From Spirochaetia bacterium (GTDB lineage: Bacteria > Spirochaetota > Spirochaetia > DSM-2461): a stretch of DNA of 64,000 nt. The stretch spans positions 1,728,001 through 1,792,000 of the forward strand of contig OY764216.1 in the NCBI GenBank assembly GCA_963668315.1, given 5' to 3'. Each line of letters opens with the position of its first letter. The stretch's first letter is position 1. This document shows, one piece after another, positions 16,885-27,015 of the stretch. A program made the position numbers and the translations under genes. Under the pieces are notes generated by a model, which was given only the letters and a program-made list of their open reading frames with translations, was not told the DNA's origin and ran no database searches.

Positions 16885-18645
16885 ATGCTGAAAGAATATT
16901 CATCACTGAAACCTTATCTTAAGAAGTATGCCGTGAGTTACGTGCTGGGAATCATCTGTCTGGCCCTGACAAACGGCGGACTTATCTATATCCCTCAGCT
17001 CATGAAAAGAGCGATTGACCTGATTTCCCAAGGTCAGACAGACCGGGAGCTCATTGGTCGTATCATGCTGATTATGATAGCCGTCGCCTTCATCGTGGCT
17101 GTTTCCCGGCTGGGGTGGCGCCATTTCATACAGGGGGCTTCCCGCCGTATCGAAGCGGGACTGAGAGGCAGGCTCTACGACCATCTGGTCACTCTGGACC
17201 GTTCTTTCTACGGCACAACGAAAACCGGAGATATCATGGCCCGGGCGACCAATGACATGAACGCGGTCCGCATGGCCACGGGTATGACCCTTATTGCCTT
17301 TCTCGACGGGCTCTTTATGACTCTTTTTATACTGATTATCCTCTTCAGAAACTATCCGGGACTGACCTGGATTCTCATCACGCCCCTTCCGCTGGTCACC
17401 ATACTGATTCTCTACGCCGGACCCCGGCTGGGAAAGCGGTTCCGGGCTGTTCAGGCCGGATATTCCGACATCTCTGACAGAGCTCAGGAGAGTTTGAGCG
17501 GCCTCAGACTCATACAGACCTACCGGCAGGAAGAGTACGCCATGAAGCGGTTCAACGAGGTGAACGAAAACTACCGCCGGGTCAATCTCTCCCTGGTGAA
17601 GATCTGGGGGTTTTTCCATCCGGTCATTATGTTCTTCTCGGGGATTATTACTTTTCTGCTGATCTTTTTCGGCGGCAAATCCGTTTTGGAAGGCGTCCTC
17701 ACTCCGGGCGATTTCGTGGCTATCATGAGTTACATGGGAATGCTTATCTGGCCCATGATGGGCGTGGGCATGGTGATAAACTGGCTCCAGAGAGGGGCGG
17801 TTGCCCTGGAAAGGATCAATGCCATTCTGGACCGGGAACCGGATATCCGGGACGACGCCGGGGCTGTTTCGGGCCCGGTGGGGGGGGATTTTGTCATTAG
17901 GGATTTAACCTATACCTATCCCGACGGGGAGAGCCCGGTTCTTCATGATATCGATCTGACCATAAAGAAAGGCATGACCGTGGGAATCCTGGGGCCTACG
18001 GGCTGCGGAAAAACCACTCTGATAAAGCTGCTTCCCCGGCTGCTGGAATCGGAAAAGGGACAGATTACCTTCGGTGATCGGGAGCTCCACTCCATCCGCC
18101 TGGAAGAACTGCGCTCCGCCTTTTCCATCGTTCCCCAGACGACCTTTCTCTTTTCCGATACGGTGTGGAACAACATCGCCTTCGGCAAACCCGATGCCCC
18201 CCGGGAGGAAGTCCTGCGGGCGGCGTCCATCTCCACCATCGACCGCGATCTGGACAGTTTTCCCATGGGCTATGAAACCCTTGTCGGTGAAAAGGGCGTT
18301 GCCCTGTCGGGGGGACAGAAACAGAGAACCGCCCTGAGCCGCGCCCTCCTTCTGGACAGGGAAATCATGATCCTGGACGATTCCCTCTCCGCGGTGGACA
18401 CCAATACGGAGGAGTATATCCTGAACCATTTCCGCGAATGCCGGAAGGGTAAGACGAATATTATCGTCAGCCACCGTTACACGACCCTGCAGAAGGCCGA
18501 CTTGATTCTTGTTATGGAGGAGGGGCGGATTGTCGACAGGGGTATTCACGACGAATTAAAGGACAGACCCGGTTTCTATCAGGAAATTTACAACTTGCAG
18601 CGACTGGAAGAGGCGGAGAGCCGGGAGGTATTGGAAAATGAGTAA
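16885..18645 (+). CDS. ABC exporter ATP-binding/permease subunit (MdlA-like)
   Basis: TM domain, TGDIMARATND, GPTGCGKT, LSGGQKQR, ILDDSLSAVD. Confidence 0.92.
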   Translation: MLKEYSSLKPYLKKYAVSYVLGIICLALTNGGLIYIPQLMKRAIDLISQGQTDRELIGRIMLIMIAVAFIVAVSRLGWRHFIQGASRRIEAGLRGRLYDHLVTLDRSFYGTTKTGDIMARATNDMNAVRMATGMTLIAFLDGLFMTLFILIILFRNYPGLTWILITPLPLVTILILYAGPRLGKRFRAVQAGYSDISDRAQESLSGLRLIQTYRQEEYAMKRFNEVNENYRRVNLSLVKIWGFFHPVIMFFSGIITFLLIFFGGKSVLEGVLTPGDFVAIMSYMGMLIWPMMGVGMVINWLQRGAVALERINAILDREPDIRDDAGAVSGPVGGDFVIRDLTYTYPDGESPVLHDIDLTIKKGMTVGILGPTGCGKTTLIKLLPRLLESEKGQITFGDRELHSIRLEELRSAFSIVPQTTFLFSDTVWNNIAFGKPDAPREEVLRAASISTIDRDLDSFPMGYETLVGEKGVALSGGQKQRTALSRALLLDREIMILDDSLSAVDTNTEEYILNHFRECRKGKTNIIVSHRYTTLQKADLILVMEEGRIVDRGIHDELKDRPGFYQEIYNLQRLEEAESREVLENE

Positions 18646-20449
18646 TGAGACCGTACTGGATGAATTCCGTGAAGACCGGGACGGACGTTTCAACCCCCGG
18701 GTTATGGGGCGTATCCTTTCCTACCTCAGACCGTATAAACTAGTCGTAGCCCTGGCCCTGGTCGGGCTGGTCATCTCTACCGTCGCCTCCCTGCTGGCGC
18801 CGGTGATTATTCAGAAAACCGTGGACCAGTTCATCATACCCGATGAAGCGGCCGCAATCCTTTCCAAAGCGGAGAGGCTGGCCGGAATAGAGCGTTATGC
18901 TCTTTTTTATCTGGGCCTTCTGATCTTCTCTCTGTTTTTTACCTTTGCACAGGTCTATCTGACCGCCATGACAAGCCAATATGTCATGAGGGATATCCGC
19001 AAGGAGCTGTTCGGCCACCTTATCGGCCAGTCCCTTAAGTTCCTGGGGAATACTCCCGTGGGCGGTCTGGTTTCCCGGGTCACAAGCGACGTGGAAAAAA
19101 TCAACGATTTCTTCACATCCGTAGCCCTGGCCATTCTCAAAGATATCACTCTCATGGGGGGTGTTCTTCTGACTCTGTTCCTGATGAATGCTCATCTGGC
19201 CCTTATCGTGCTGGTGACGCTGCCCCCTGTCTTTTTTCTGACCCTGTTCATAAAAAACCGAATCAGGCAGGTGTACCGGGAAGTACAGCATCAGACCTCC
19301 CGGGTGAATGCCTTTATTGCCGAATCGGTCGGGGGGATGGATGTTGTCCAGCTTTTCGGCCGGGAAAAGGGTTTCTCCCGGGATTTCGGTGAACGGAACG
19401 AAGCGCTTTTCAAGGCCAATATGAATGAGGTATATCTGTATAGTTTCTTCCGGCCCCTGGTAAACTTTTTCACTTCCGTCTCTCTGGGTGTTCTGATTTA
19501 TTTCGGGACGGGACTTCATAACAGCAGCCTGGTGTCTCTCGGCGTACTGATCGCCTTCGTCAATCTGGTGGAGCAGTTCTATCAGCCGATCCGGGATATC
19601 ACCGAGCTGATTACCGTTATGCAGTCCGCCATGGCGGGTGGCGAGCGGGTTTTCGCTCTGATCGACAGGGATGAAGCCATTCCCGACGAAGGAACATTCG
19701 AGCCGGAGACGGTCCGGGGAGATCTGGTCTTTGACAAGGTCCGGTTCGCCTATAAGGAAAATGAGCCGGTTCTGAGGGATCTGAGTTTTACGGCCCGGGC
19801 CGGAGAGACAATCGCTGTGGTCGGTACGACCGGCGCGGGCAAAACCACGATAGCCAATATGCTGGCCCGTTTCTGGGACCGTGACGAAGGAAGCATTACC
19901 CTTGATGGGCGGGATATCAGAGACTATTCCCTTCAGGCACTCAGAAGTCATATACAATCGGTCCAGCAGGATGTGACTCTCTTTTCCGGTTCCGTAAGGG
20001 AGAACATAGCCCTGGGCAAGGATATTTCCGACGAGGAGATTCATCGGGCCCTGGAGATCGTCCGTGCCGATCATTTTGTCAAGGAACTGCCCTACGGGCT
20101 GGATACCATTCTGAGCGAAGGCGCCGAGAATATCTCAGCCGGCCAGAGACAATTGCTCTCCTTCGCCCGGATCTTCGTCCATAATCCTTCGGTGGTGATT
20201 CTGGATGAGGCCACCAGCAGTATCGATACGCAGACGGAAACCTGGATTCAGGAAGGTATGGCCAATCTGCTGAAAGACAGGACCGCTCTGGTTATTGCCC
20301 ACCGTCTCTCAACCATCAGGAATGCCCAGCGTATTCTCGTCCTGGGAAAGGGATCTCTCCTGGAGGAGGGAACTCATCAGGAGCTGATAGACCGGGAGGG
20401 TATATATTACAATCTTTATAAGTTACAATACGAACAGGCCGGTCAGTAA
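18638..20449 (+). CDS. ABC exporter ATP-binding/permease subunit (MdlB-like)
   Basis: TM domain, GTTGAGKT, ISAGQRQLLSFAR, ILDEATSSID; overlaps the partner gene. Confidence 0.92.
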   Translation: MSNETVLDEFREDRDGRFNPRVMGRILSYLRPYKLVVALALVGLVISTVASLLAPVIIQKTVDQFIIPDEAAAILSKAERLAGIERYALFYLGLLIFSLFFTFAQVYLTAMTSQYVMRDIRKELFGHLIGQSLKFLGNTPVGGLVSRVTSDVEKINDFFTSVALAILKDITLMGGVLLTLFLMNAHLALIVLVTLPPVFFLTLFIKNRIRQVYREVQHQTSRVNAFIAESVGGMDVVQLFGREKGFSRDFGERNEALFKANMNEVYLYSFFRPLVNFFTSVSLGVLIYFGTGLHNSSLVSLGVLIAFVNLVEQFYQPIRDITELITVMQSAMAGGERVFALIDRDEAIPDEGTFEPETVRGDLVFDKVRFAYKENEPVLRDLSFTARAGETIAVVGTTGAGKTTIANMLARFWDRDEGSITLDGRDIRDYSLQALRSHIQSVQQDVTLFSGSVRENIALGKDISDEEIHRALEIVRADHFVKELPYGLDTILSEGAENISAGQRQLLSFARIFVHNPSVVILDEATSSIDTQTETWIQEGMANLLKDRTALVIAHRLSTIRNAQRILVLGKGSLLEEGTHQELIDREGIYYNLYKLQYEQAGQ

Positions 20450-20491
20450 TTCTGCCTCAGCCGGCCTGTGTAAGAAAAAGGAGGATGTTTC

Positions 20492-20833
20492 ATGATTCAA
20501 TTGAGTGATCAGGATTTGCAGAAAGCCATAGAGAATGGCGATTTCTCCGAAGATATTCTGGGAAGCCACGAACGGGTGGCCGTCGTACTGACTCAGAGCT
20601 GGTGTCCCCAGTGGATGATGATGCGCCACTGGCTTGCTAAGATGGATGAGGATATGCGAATTTACTGGGCCGAGTATGAGAAGATGGACAGCTATCACAG
20701 CTTCATGTCATTCAAGGAGAATACCTTCGGCAACCACCTGGTTCCTTATATCCGGTTTTATAACAACAAGGAGCTGGTGGGGGAGAGCAACTACTGCAAT
20801 AAGGAGCATTTTCTGGATAAAATCGGTCTTTGA
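20492..20833 (+). CDS. Small thioredoxin-fold-like protein (WCPQW)
   Basis: VAVVLTQSWCPQW and VPYIRFY resemble a Trx fold with only one active-site Cys; AGGAGG RBS. Confidence 0.55.
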   Translation: MIQLSDQDLQKAIENGDFSEDILGSHERVAVVLTQSWCPQWMMMRHWLAKMDEDMRIYWAEYEKMDSYHSFMSFKENTFGNHLVPYIRFYNNKELVGESNYCNKEHFLDKIGL

Positions 20834-22579
20834 TCATGGTCCGGGCATATAAAATACCGCCGAAGAGTAGCCGCAGTTATTCTCACCTCCGATAAGATAA
20901 CTCTGCTTAACAACGGGCTCTATAGGTTTAAACCAGACGGCTCCGTAGGGGAGGAGAGTCATCGGCTCATCGGGATACACTCTTTGAGGTCCCTTCAGAG
21001 AGAAATCCTGACCGTTAATCATATAAGTGCCCAGGAAGGGATCCATATTGACCGCTTCCCCTGTTACAGGATCGCAAGGAATATTCCTCGTTTCCCATGA
21101 GGCTTCGTTTAGAAAGCGGAACCACTCCTCCAGGGCGCGGTCGGCATCCCGCTCCAGGGCATAACTGATATTGTCCCAGCCCGTATAATTACTGTTCTGA
21201 AGTTTTTTCAGGAAGATTTTTCCCCCTTCATCATAACCTCCTTCCTGCCAGAACAGCCAGCACAGAAAGGCCGACAGGGCGCCCCGTTTTCCCACGCTGT
21301 CCCGGGCGCCGTTGAGATCGCTCTCTTTGAGGGAATATTTATAGGGCTCTGCCAGATAGCGGGAAAAAAAGGCCATATTCCCTCCCGATTCCCCGAAACC
21401 GCAAAGCGATTCGGTCAAATGGGCCAATCCTTCGTCCAGAAAAAGTTCCTCCCCTTCGGGAGCGGCCTCGCCGCCGGCATAGGGGATATAAACCTTACGG
21501 GAGTAGTGGATCAGATGGAACAGTTCATGGCAGAAGGTTGCAGTAAGTGAGGGAACGGAGTAGGCAAACCGCTCCGGATTTTCCGAGGGATCTCCCAGAT
21601 AGACAATATCCATGCCGTTGGAAATGGGATTATATTCTTGTGAGGCGGGATCGCTGCAGAAGGCATAGAAGTCATTGGTATTGAAAAAGCCGACAGCCCT
21701 CTCTTCTTTGTTGATCTTAGGCGTGATAAGAATATCTATGGCACCGTTGCCGTTGATATCTTCCCATTCTCCCCAGAGCTCCCTCACACGGTCCAGGCAG
21801 AGGGTATGTATATTTTCCCATAGCCTATTCAGAAGCTGCTCATCCCTTTTCGATTCTTTATCAAGCCACAGATTTATTGCGGGCGATTGTAAATAGAGCT
21901 CTGCCGTAACCGTACCGGCCGAATTTCCCGATGTATTCGTATCGGCTACGATAAAATCCCTTACTTCTCCGATAAAAGGTTTTAACCCCATGGGACTATT
22001 GCTTCTGGATTTAATTTCGAAACGCCCGGGAGGGCTCTGGGACACAATCCGATCCACTCCCGTTTTCAAAAGGAAAAAGTCATCACCCGGAGGGGAAGAG
22101 GATTGTGAAACTGCCGCAGAATGCTCAGAGGTCTTTTCTTTCAGAAAAATGGAAAAAGGGGACGTCCCCAGGGAGTAGATAAGGGGAGCATATCTGCCAG
22201 GGGAAAGGGTTACCGCGTTTTCTCTCCCGTTTAATTGTATTGCGATGGATTTTCCCATTTGGTAAAGGGGAGGCTGAATCGTAATTTCCACGGAATCTTT
22301 ATTACCTGAAGGCGTTTGAAGGGTTATGAGATGGTTCCCCTCTGATAATTTTCTGGCGAATCGAAAGGAATCACCCAGGAAACCATCCTGGGATGAGACC
22401 CATGCGCAGGAGTCTGCTCCCTCAATACGGGCATCGAAAAAGACCGTTTCCCCCTCCTGATAGATCTGTCCCTCTTCAGGGGCCCTTATGCTGACTTTTT
22501 CTTCCGGGGTGGGGTGATTCGGTGCATCGCATCCCGAAAGAAAAAGCAAAGTGAGGACAATAAACGTGATTTCCCTCAT
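20834..22579 (-). CDS. Lipoprotein zinc metallopeptidase (M30/hyicolysin-like)
   Basis: Lipobox LSGC; N-terminal Ig/PKD-like part; DINGNGAIDIL, VGFF...DF, HELFH, FLDEGLAH. Confidence 0.75.
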   Translation of the reverse strand: MREITFIVLTLLFLSGCDAPNHPTPEEKVSIRAPEEGQIYQEGETVFFDARIEGADSCAWVSSQDGFLGDSFRFARKLSEGNHLITLQTPSGNKDSVEITIQPPLYQMGKSIAIQLNGRENAVTLSPGRYAPLIYSLGTSPFSIFLKEKTSEHSAAVSQSSSPPGDDFFLLKTGVDRIVSQSPPGRFEIKSRSNSPMGLKPFIGEVRDFIVADTNTSGNSAGTVTAELYLQSPAINLWLDKESKRDEQLLNRLWENIHTLCLDRVRELWGEWEDINGNGAIDILITPKINKEERAVGFFNTNDFYAFCSDPASQEYNPISNGMDIVYLGDPSENPERFAYSVPSLTATFCHELFHLIHYSRKVYIPYAGGEAAPEGEELFLDEGLAHLTESLCGFGESGGNMAFFSRYLAEPYKYSLKESDLNGARDSVGKRGALSAFLCWLFWQEGGYDEGGKIFLKKLQNSNYTGWDNISYALERDADRALEEWFRFLNEASWETRNIPCDPVTGEAVNMDPFLGTYMINGQDFSLKGPQRVYPDEPMTLLPYGAVWFKPIEPVVKQSYLIGGENNCGYSSAVFYMPGP

Positions 22580-23266
22580 CTACTCCTCCGAAAAGTAGAG
22601 GGAGGAGCCGCCCTTCTCACTGTAGGAGTAGTAATTCTGATTCCGGAGCAGGGGATCCCCCCCTATGTACTGAGCCTTTATCTGGCAGGAATAATTCCCT
22701 TCTCCTGAGAGGACCTCCCCCTGGATTATGGCCGTATTCTCCGGAGATGTCTCCAGATGGACAAGGCTCCCGTTTTTATAGAGACAAATCTGGTAAACCG
22801 TGGCTTGGGAGGATTTTTTCCAGGACAGGCGGATCTCATTTCCCGTTCCCAGGCTTTCTCCCGAGAGGGCGGAAGCGCCGGAGCTGTCCTGAAGAAGGGT
22901 AATATCCGGACTTTCCCTAAGAACATAATGATCTATTGTCTTGCTATAAGGAGTGTCAAGGAGAGTGCCGTCCACAAGAACGGTGTAATGACCGTCGGCA
23001 GAATAGGGAATCTCCCCCTCGTAGCATCCTGCATCAATATCGAAATGCAGTAGATTGACCGCTCCTCCGCTGTTTTCAATCATGACGCGGCTGCCTGTCA
23101 GGTAGTTGCCGTCCGGTCCCTCGAGATATACGGATGCCCGGCCGTTATACGATTCTCTTGATTCCAGGATCATATGTATATTCACGGAGCGATCAGAATC
23201 TTGCTGGGCCAGGGAACAGCCTGTGAGGCCAAGGCTTATAAGGAGAACACATAGGGTATATTTCAT
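22580..23266 (-). CDS. Lipoprotein, beta-rich (Ig/FN3-like)
   Basis: Start moved to MKYTL (23266); lipobox LTGC; LSW...ATVYQI FN3-like pattern. Confidence 0.7.
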   Translation of the reverse strand: MKYTLCVLLISLGLTGCSLAQQDSDRSVNIHMILESRESYNGRASVYLEGPDGNYLTGSRVMIENSGGAVNLLHFDIDAGCYEGEIPYSADGHYTVLVDGTLLDTPYSKTIDHYVLRESPDITLLQDSSGASALSGESLGTGNEIRLSWKKSSQATVYQICLYKNGSLVHLETSPENTAIIQGEVLSGEGNYSCQIKAQYIGGDPLLRNQNYYSYSEKGGSSLYFSEE

Positions 23267-23267
23267 C

Positions 23268-24515
23268 TTAATCCATCCTGACAGCAACAATTCTTTCTCT
23301 TTGAAGTATATAGAGAATATCATCCCGATGAGGCATATAGCGCTGTGAACGGTAGCCGGGAACCCCCAGGTTTTCATTTACCCCCAGAAGCTTGCCCGTT
23401 CTTTTATCGAATTTGCGCAGGGCGTCGGAATCCACCACATATACGTGGTCTCCGTAGATGATAGGCTTGCAGTCACGGGTATAGAGATTCTGATCTTCCC
23501 AGACGAGCTCTCCCGTAGGAATATGGAAGCATTTTAGGTAGTTGCACCAGGGAACGTAGGCGTAATCCCCGTCAATGGTGATATATTCCCAGCCACCATC
23601 GCAGGATTTTTCATAGATAATATCTCCTGTGGCTTTATCCAGAAGGGCTACTCCATCGGCACCAGTGAGAAAGAGTTTGTCACCGTTGAAGAATTGTAGA
23701 ACTTCTTGACTAATTCCTATCCATCCACATTTTTCCAGAGGGGTATTCCATATGAGATTTCCATCTATACTATAACAGGCAACGGAAAGGTCGCTCTGAT
23801 GATGCTCCGATAAATTCTTGGGGGATTGATCTTCAGGAACCTTCCTTCCTGCACCACCAAAGTAAGTATAGATTCTGTTATCTTCAAATAAGGGTTTTAC
23901 TCGAAACGTTCCATTCTTTTGATAATCGAAAAGCAATTCAGCCTTTACTTCTTGCTCTTCTGTATTTGGAATTGTGAGGCCTTTTAATGATATTTTGTAT
24001 AGTCGGTTGGAAATTTGTGTATAGTCATTATAGGTTATTACACCAGTAATAAATATATCATCATCAATGGATTTAATTCTTTTACCTTGAAGTGGAAAAC
24101 TCGAGGAGCCTTCGATAGATTGTGTACTAGCCTTTGCTACTATTTCACCTGTTTTTTTATTATAAAAAACCAAGTCTGGTCTGCTGTCACGAAAGCAAAT
24201 AATATAGTCATTCCAGCAGACAGGTTTGGTTTTAAAACCGTATAACTCTGAATTTCTCCAAAGAAGTTCACCAGTGGACAAATCCGTTGCAGACATGCCG
24301 TTTGTTGAGAATTCCGGTGTGTAAAGAATACTACCATCCATTAGGGAATCAAGATGATTTGTTATGTCATAATTATTATCTTTTTTCCAGATGATTTCAG
24401 GATAATAGTTCGTTTCAGATTGATCATCCCTATTCGTTACAATGTTTAAAAAGGGACATCCCGTAATTAATAAAAGACATAGTATCAACACCGTGAAATT
24501 CAGAGTCATTTTCAT
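23268..24515 (-). CDS. PQQ-like beta-propeller lipoprotein
   Basis: Lipobox ITGC; repeated D..TG...W blade motifs (DLSTGELLW, DKATGDIIY, HIPTGELVW, DKRTGKLL). Confidence 0.8.
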   Translation of the reverse strand: MKMTLNFTVLILCLLLITGCPFLNIVTNRDDQSETNYYPEIIWKKDNNYDITNHLDSLMDGSILYTPEFSTNGMSATDLSTGELLWRNSELYGFKTKPVCWNDYIICFRDSRPDLVFYNKKTGEIVAKASTQSIEGSSSFPLQGKRIKSIDDDIFITGVITYNDYTQISNRLYKISLKGLTIPNTEEQEVKAELLFDYQKNGTFRVKPLFEDNRIYTYFGGAGRKVPEDQSPKNLSEHHQSDLSVACYSIDGNLIWNTPLEKCGWIGISQEVLQFFNGDKLFLTGADGVALLDKATGDIIYEKSCDGGWEYITIDGDYAYVPWCNYLKCFHIPTGELVWEDQNLYTRDCKPIIYGDHVYVVDSDALRKFDKRTGKLLGVNENLGVPGYRSQRYMPHRDDILYILQRERIVAVRMD

Positions 24516-25813
24516 TCCATAAAACCTTTTATCTGCATAGCTTGAAGAATTTCCACAATTCTCCCACTCTTTCCATAAATATCCTTCTTCAGAGGCTCTC
24601 CCCCGAAATCTCCCTCGCTGAAGAATTGATCTTCCGGAGGTACATTGGACCTGGCATGGTCAACTTTCAGGCTTCGAATAAAGAGCGGATCAGTTCCCGG
24701 CAGGGTCTGGGTGCCTACGGCGATGAAACCGTCGTTATCCCGTCCTCCTATAAGGTCGCCCCATCTCTGTTTGTAATTTCCGCACCAGTTGGCGGCTGTA
24801 AAGGAGTCCCTTGCCCAGGTATCGTAGCGGTGATGGAGTGGGGGAAACCAGAGGAATGACAAGGCAAGGGACTCATTTCTTATCGCTGAATGATAGAAAA
24901 CCACTTGGGCCAATGAAACGACGATTTTGATGTTTTTTTCTTTCTCTTCATCATTAGACAACCTGATGGGGTCGTTATCGGTTCCCACAATATGTCCTAT
25001 CGGTGCATAATCGGGAACCTTACTGGTAATAGTGACATTTGTCCTGTAGCCATAGTCGTTTTTTATCTGAAAGTAAACAAGGGGAACTCCGAATCTCCAC
25101 TTAATCACCGGCTTCAGATACGTTCTCTTTACATATCTCTCGGTTTTAACATCCTTCTCCTGAATATTATTCCTTACAAAGTCACTTTGTGGTCCCATAT
25201 CGGTGATCTCCCGTATGGCATCACAGGGGGCGACTGTATTAATGATGGTGTCAAAGAGTTCTTTCATGGGAAAACCATCGCCTCCGAAGTGCTTCGAGAT
25301 TTTATCATAGAGATAGATGAATACATTCAGCTTGAACTCAATCGGCATTTCATCGTAGAGTTTCCCCATGGCCGTTGAGACAGGAGTTGAGGGGCGTAGA
25401 ACCGCTGATGCCCCTCTCTCGAATATTTTTATGCTATCCAGAACCCGCCTTCTCATTACCCCGTATCCGGCATCAAGTCCGGCAAAACCGACGATGGGAG
25501 AGTCAACGGAAATGACAGCGTCAATATTCTCCTGATATCCATTTTTCATCTTCTGCATATAACCCATAGCTTTCAATCCCCCCTGACTATGGCCGACGAC
25601 AATCTGGTGGGGGTTCTCCTTTTGGGACGAGAAACCGGGAATATTGCTCTTTTCGTTCATTATTAAGTCCACTTTTTCATCAAGGGATTGGGAGAAATCT
25701 CCCCCGGCAAACTGAAATCCTTTTATCCTGGTAACATTGTATTCCATTTCTTCTGAAAAAACTTCGCAAACGGACCAAACAGTTAATATGATTAAAAATA
25801 TAGTATATTTCAT
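24512..25813 (-). CDS. Secreted alpha/beta hydrolase (lipase/PGAP1-like)
   Basis: Signal peptide; VVGHSQGG nucleophile elbow, SVDSPIVG, NDGFI (Asp), VDH (His). Confidence 0.8.
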   Translation of the reverse strand: MKYTIFLIILTVWSVCEVFSEEMEYNVTRIKGFQFAGGDFSQSLDEKVDLIMNEKSNIPGFSSQKENPHQIVVGHSQGGLKAMGYMQKMKNGYQENIDAVISVDSPIVGFAGLDAGYGVMRRRVLDSIKIFERGASAVLRPSTPVSTAMGKLYDEMPIEFKLNVFIYLYDKISKHFGGDGFPMKELFDTIINTVAPCDAIREITDMGPQSDFVRNNIQEKDVKTERYVKRTYLKPVIKWRFGVPLVYFQIKNDYGYRTNVTITSKVPDYAPIGHIVGTDNDPIRLSNDEEKEKNIKIVVSLAQVVFYHSAIRNESLALSFLWFPPLHHRYDTWARDSFTAANWCGNYKQRWGDLIGGRDNDGFIAVGTQTLPGTDPLFIRSLKVDHARSNVPPEDQFFSEGDFGGEPLKKDIYGKSGRIVEILQAMQIKGFME

Positions 25814-25825
25814 CTATGCTGCCTC

Positions 25826-26836
25826 CTATAGCACAATTCTGAAAAGGGAATCATCAATTGTATTCAGCTCTATGTTTTCATATAGATCCAGATAGGTTTC
25901 CGTATAGTTGGGATCGCTAAGGTCGCCCAGCCAGATTTCCGTATCCTCCGAGGTGATTTCCCCTTCGGCAGCTTTCTTCTTCAGTTCATTCGCCGAAATC
26001 AGGGGAACATCTTCCACTGTCTCATACTCTGCTGTAATGCTGTCGGAGGTGTCTATGCGCTCTCCGAAATCATTCTTGTCTATTGTCAGGGTTCCGATCT
26101 CGATGGGGCCCTCCTCTCCGGTCTCCGATTCGGCGAACAGAGGATATGTGGTGATGGTGCGGATGGAACCGTCACTTTCGGCAATGACCATTTCGGTTGA
26201 GAATAGGGTTTCATCCTCCGTATCGAAGGATACTTTACAGCTTATGATTTCGTCCGATTCGCTTGAACCGTCCGCTATGCCGGGAAAGAAATCCTTAGGG
26301 TAGGATAGGGTTAGCAGCCCGGGCGTTGCGTCATTCACGTCAAAGGACAGGCGGCTTGCGGTGTTTTTAATGGTTCCTATATCCATCCGGCCCGACATGG
26401 GCAGACGGTCGGATTCAGAAGAGAAAAGGGGATCTCCCTCCGATGAAGGAACGGGATAACGCTCGAGAACTTCGTTTGAGTCGGGATAAATGAGGACCTG
26501 TTCTTCCGGGCTGCTGATGATAGAGCGGGAGCGCTGATCGGGGAAAGCTTCGCCGCTGAAGTCCAGTCTTGTGTAGAGAGAGCCGTTTATCATTTTCAGG
26601 GACAATCGGTATTCCTGCCTGACTTCCATATCAATGGCCTTCCGGTCATGGGAGTAATAGCTGGTAACGTCGGCGGTGTAGCTGTAGATTTCATCGGCCT
26701 CCCTGTCTCCGTTATAGATGGAGACATCACTATCTCTGAACTCATCTGCGGGAGAATCGGTCGATGAACCGGTCATGCTGCATGAAGCAGCTGTCATGAA
26801 CAGTAGTACCATGAACGGGAATAAAAATTTCTTCAT
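25826..26836 (-). CDS. Acidic lipoprotein of unknown function
   Basis: Lipobox AASC after a hydrophobic stretch; GAGGT RBS; first gene of the operon. Confidence 0.75.
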   Translation of the reverse strand: MKKFLFPFMVLLFMTAASCSMTGSSTDSPADEFRDSDVSIYNGDREADEIYSYTADVTSYYSHDRKAIDMEVRQEYRLSLKMINGSLYTRLDFSGEAFPDQRSRSIISSPEEQVLIYPDSNEVLERYPVPSSEGDPLFSSESDRLPMSGRMDIGTIKNTASRLSFDVNDATPGLLTLSYPKDFFPGIADGSSESDEIISCKVSFDTEDETLFSTEMVIAESDGSIRTITTYPLFAESETGEEGPIEIGTLTIDKNDFGERIDTSDSITAEYETVEDVPLISANELKKKAAEGEITSEDTEIWLGDLSDPNYTETYLDLYENIELNTIDDSLFRIVL

Positions 26837-26965
26837 TTAACATTTACCTCTTCTTGTTTTCTATGTACAGGGAGGACATTTTTTGTCGGAATAGGCAGTT
26901 TTCGGAGAAAATATTTCTAACGGGGGTCTGCAAGGCGGGGAAGAAAGAAAAAAAGGACTGAATTT

Positions 26966-26994
26966 TTTACAATTTCAGATATTTATAGTATTAT
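26966..26994 (+). promoter_or_regulatory. Putative sigma70 promoter of uxaE
   Basis: TTTACA-N17-TATTAT, then GGAGG RBS. Confidence 0.55.
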
Positions 26995-27015
26995 TAAAAT
27001 CCTAGGGAGGATGTC

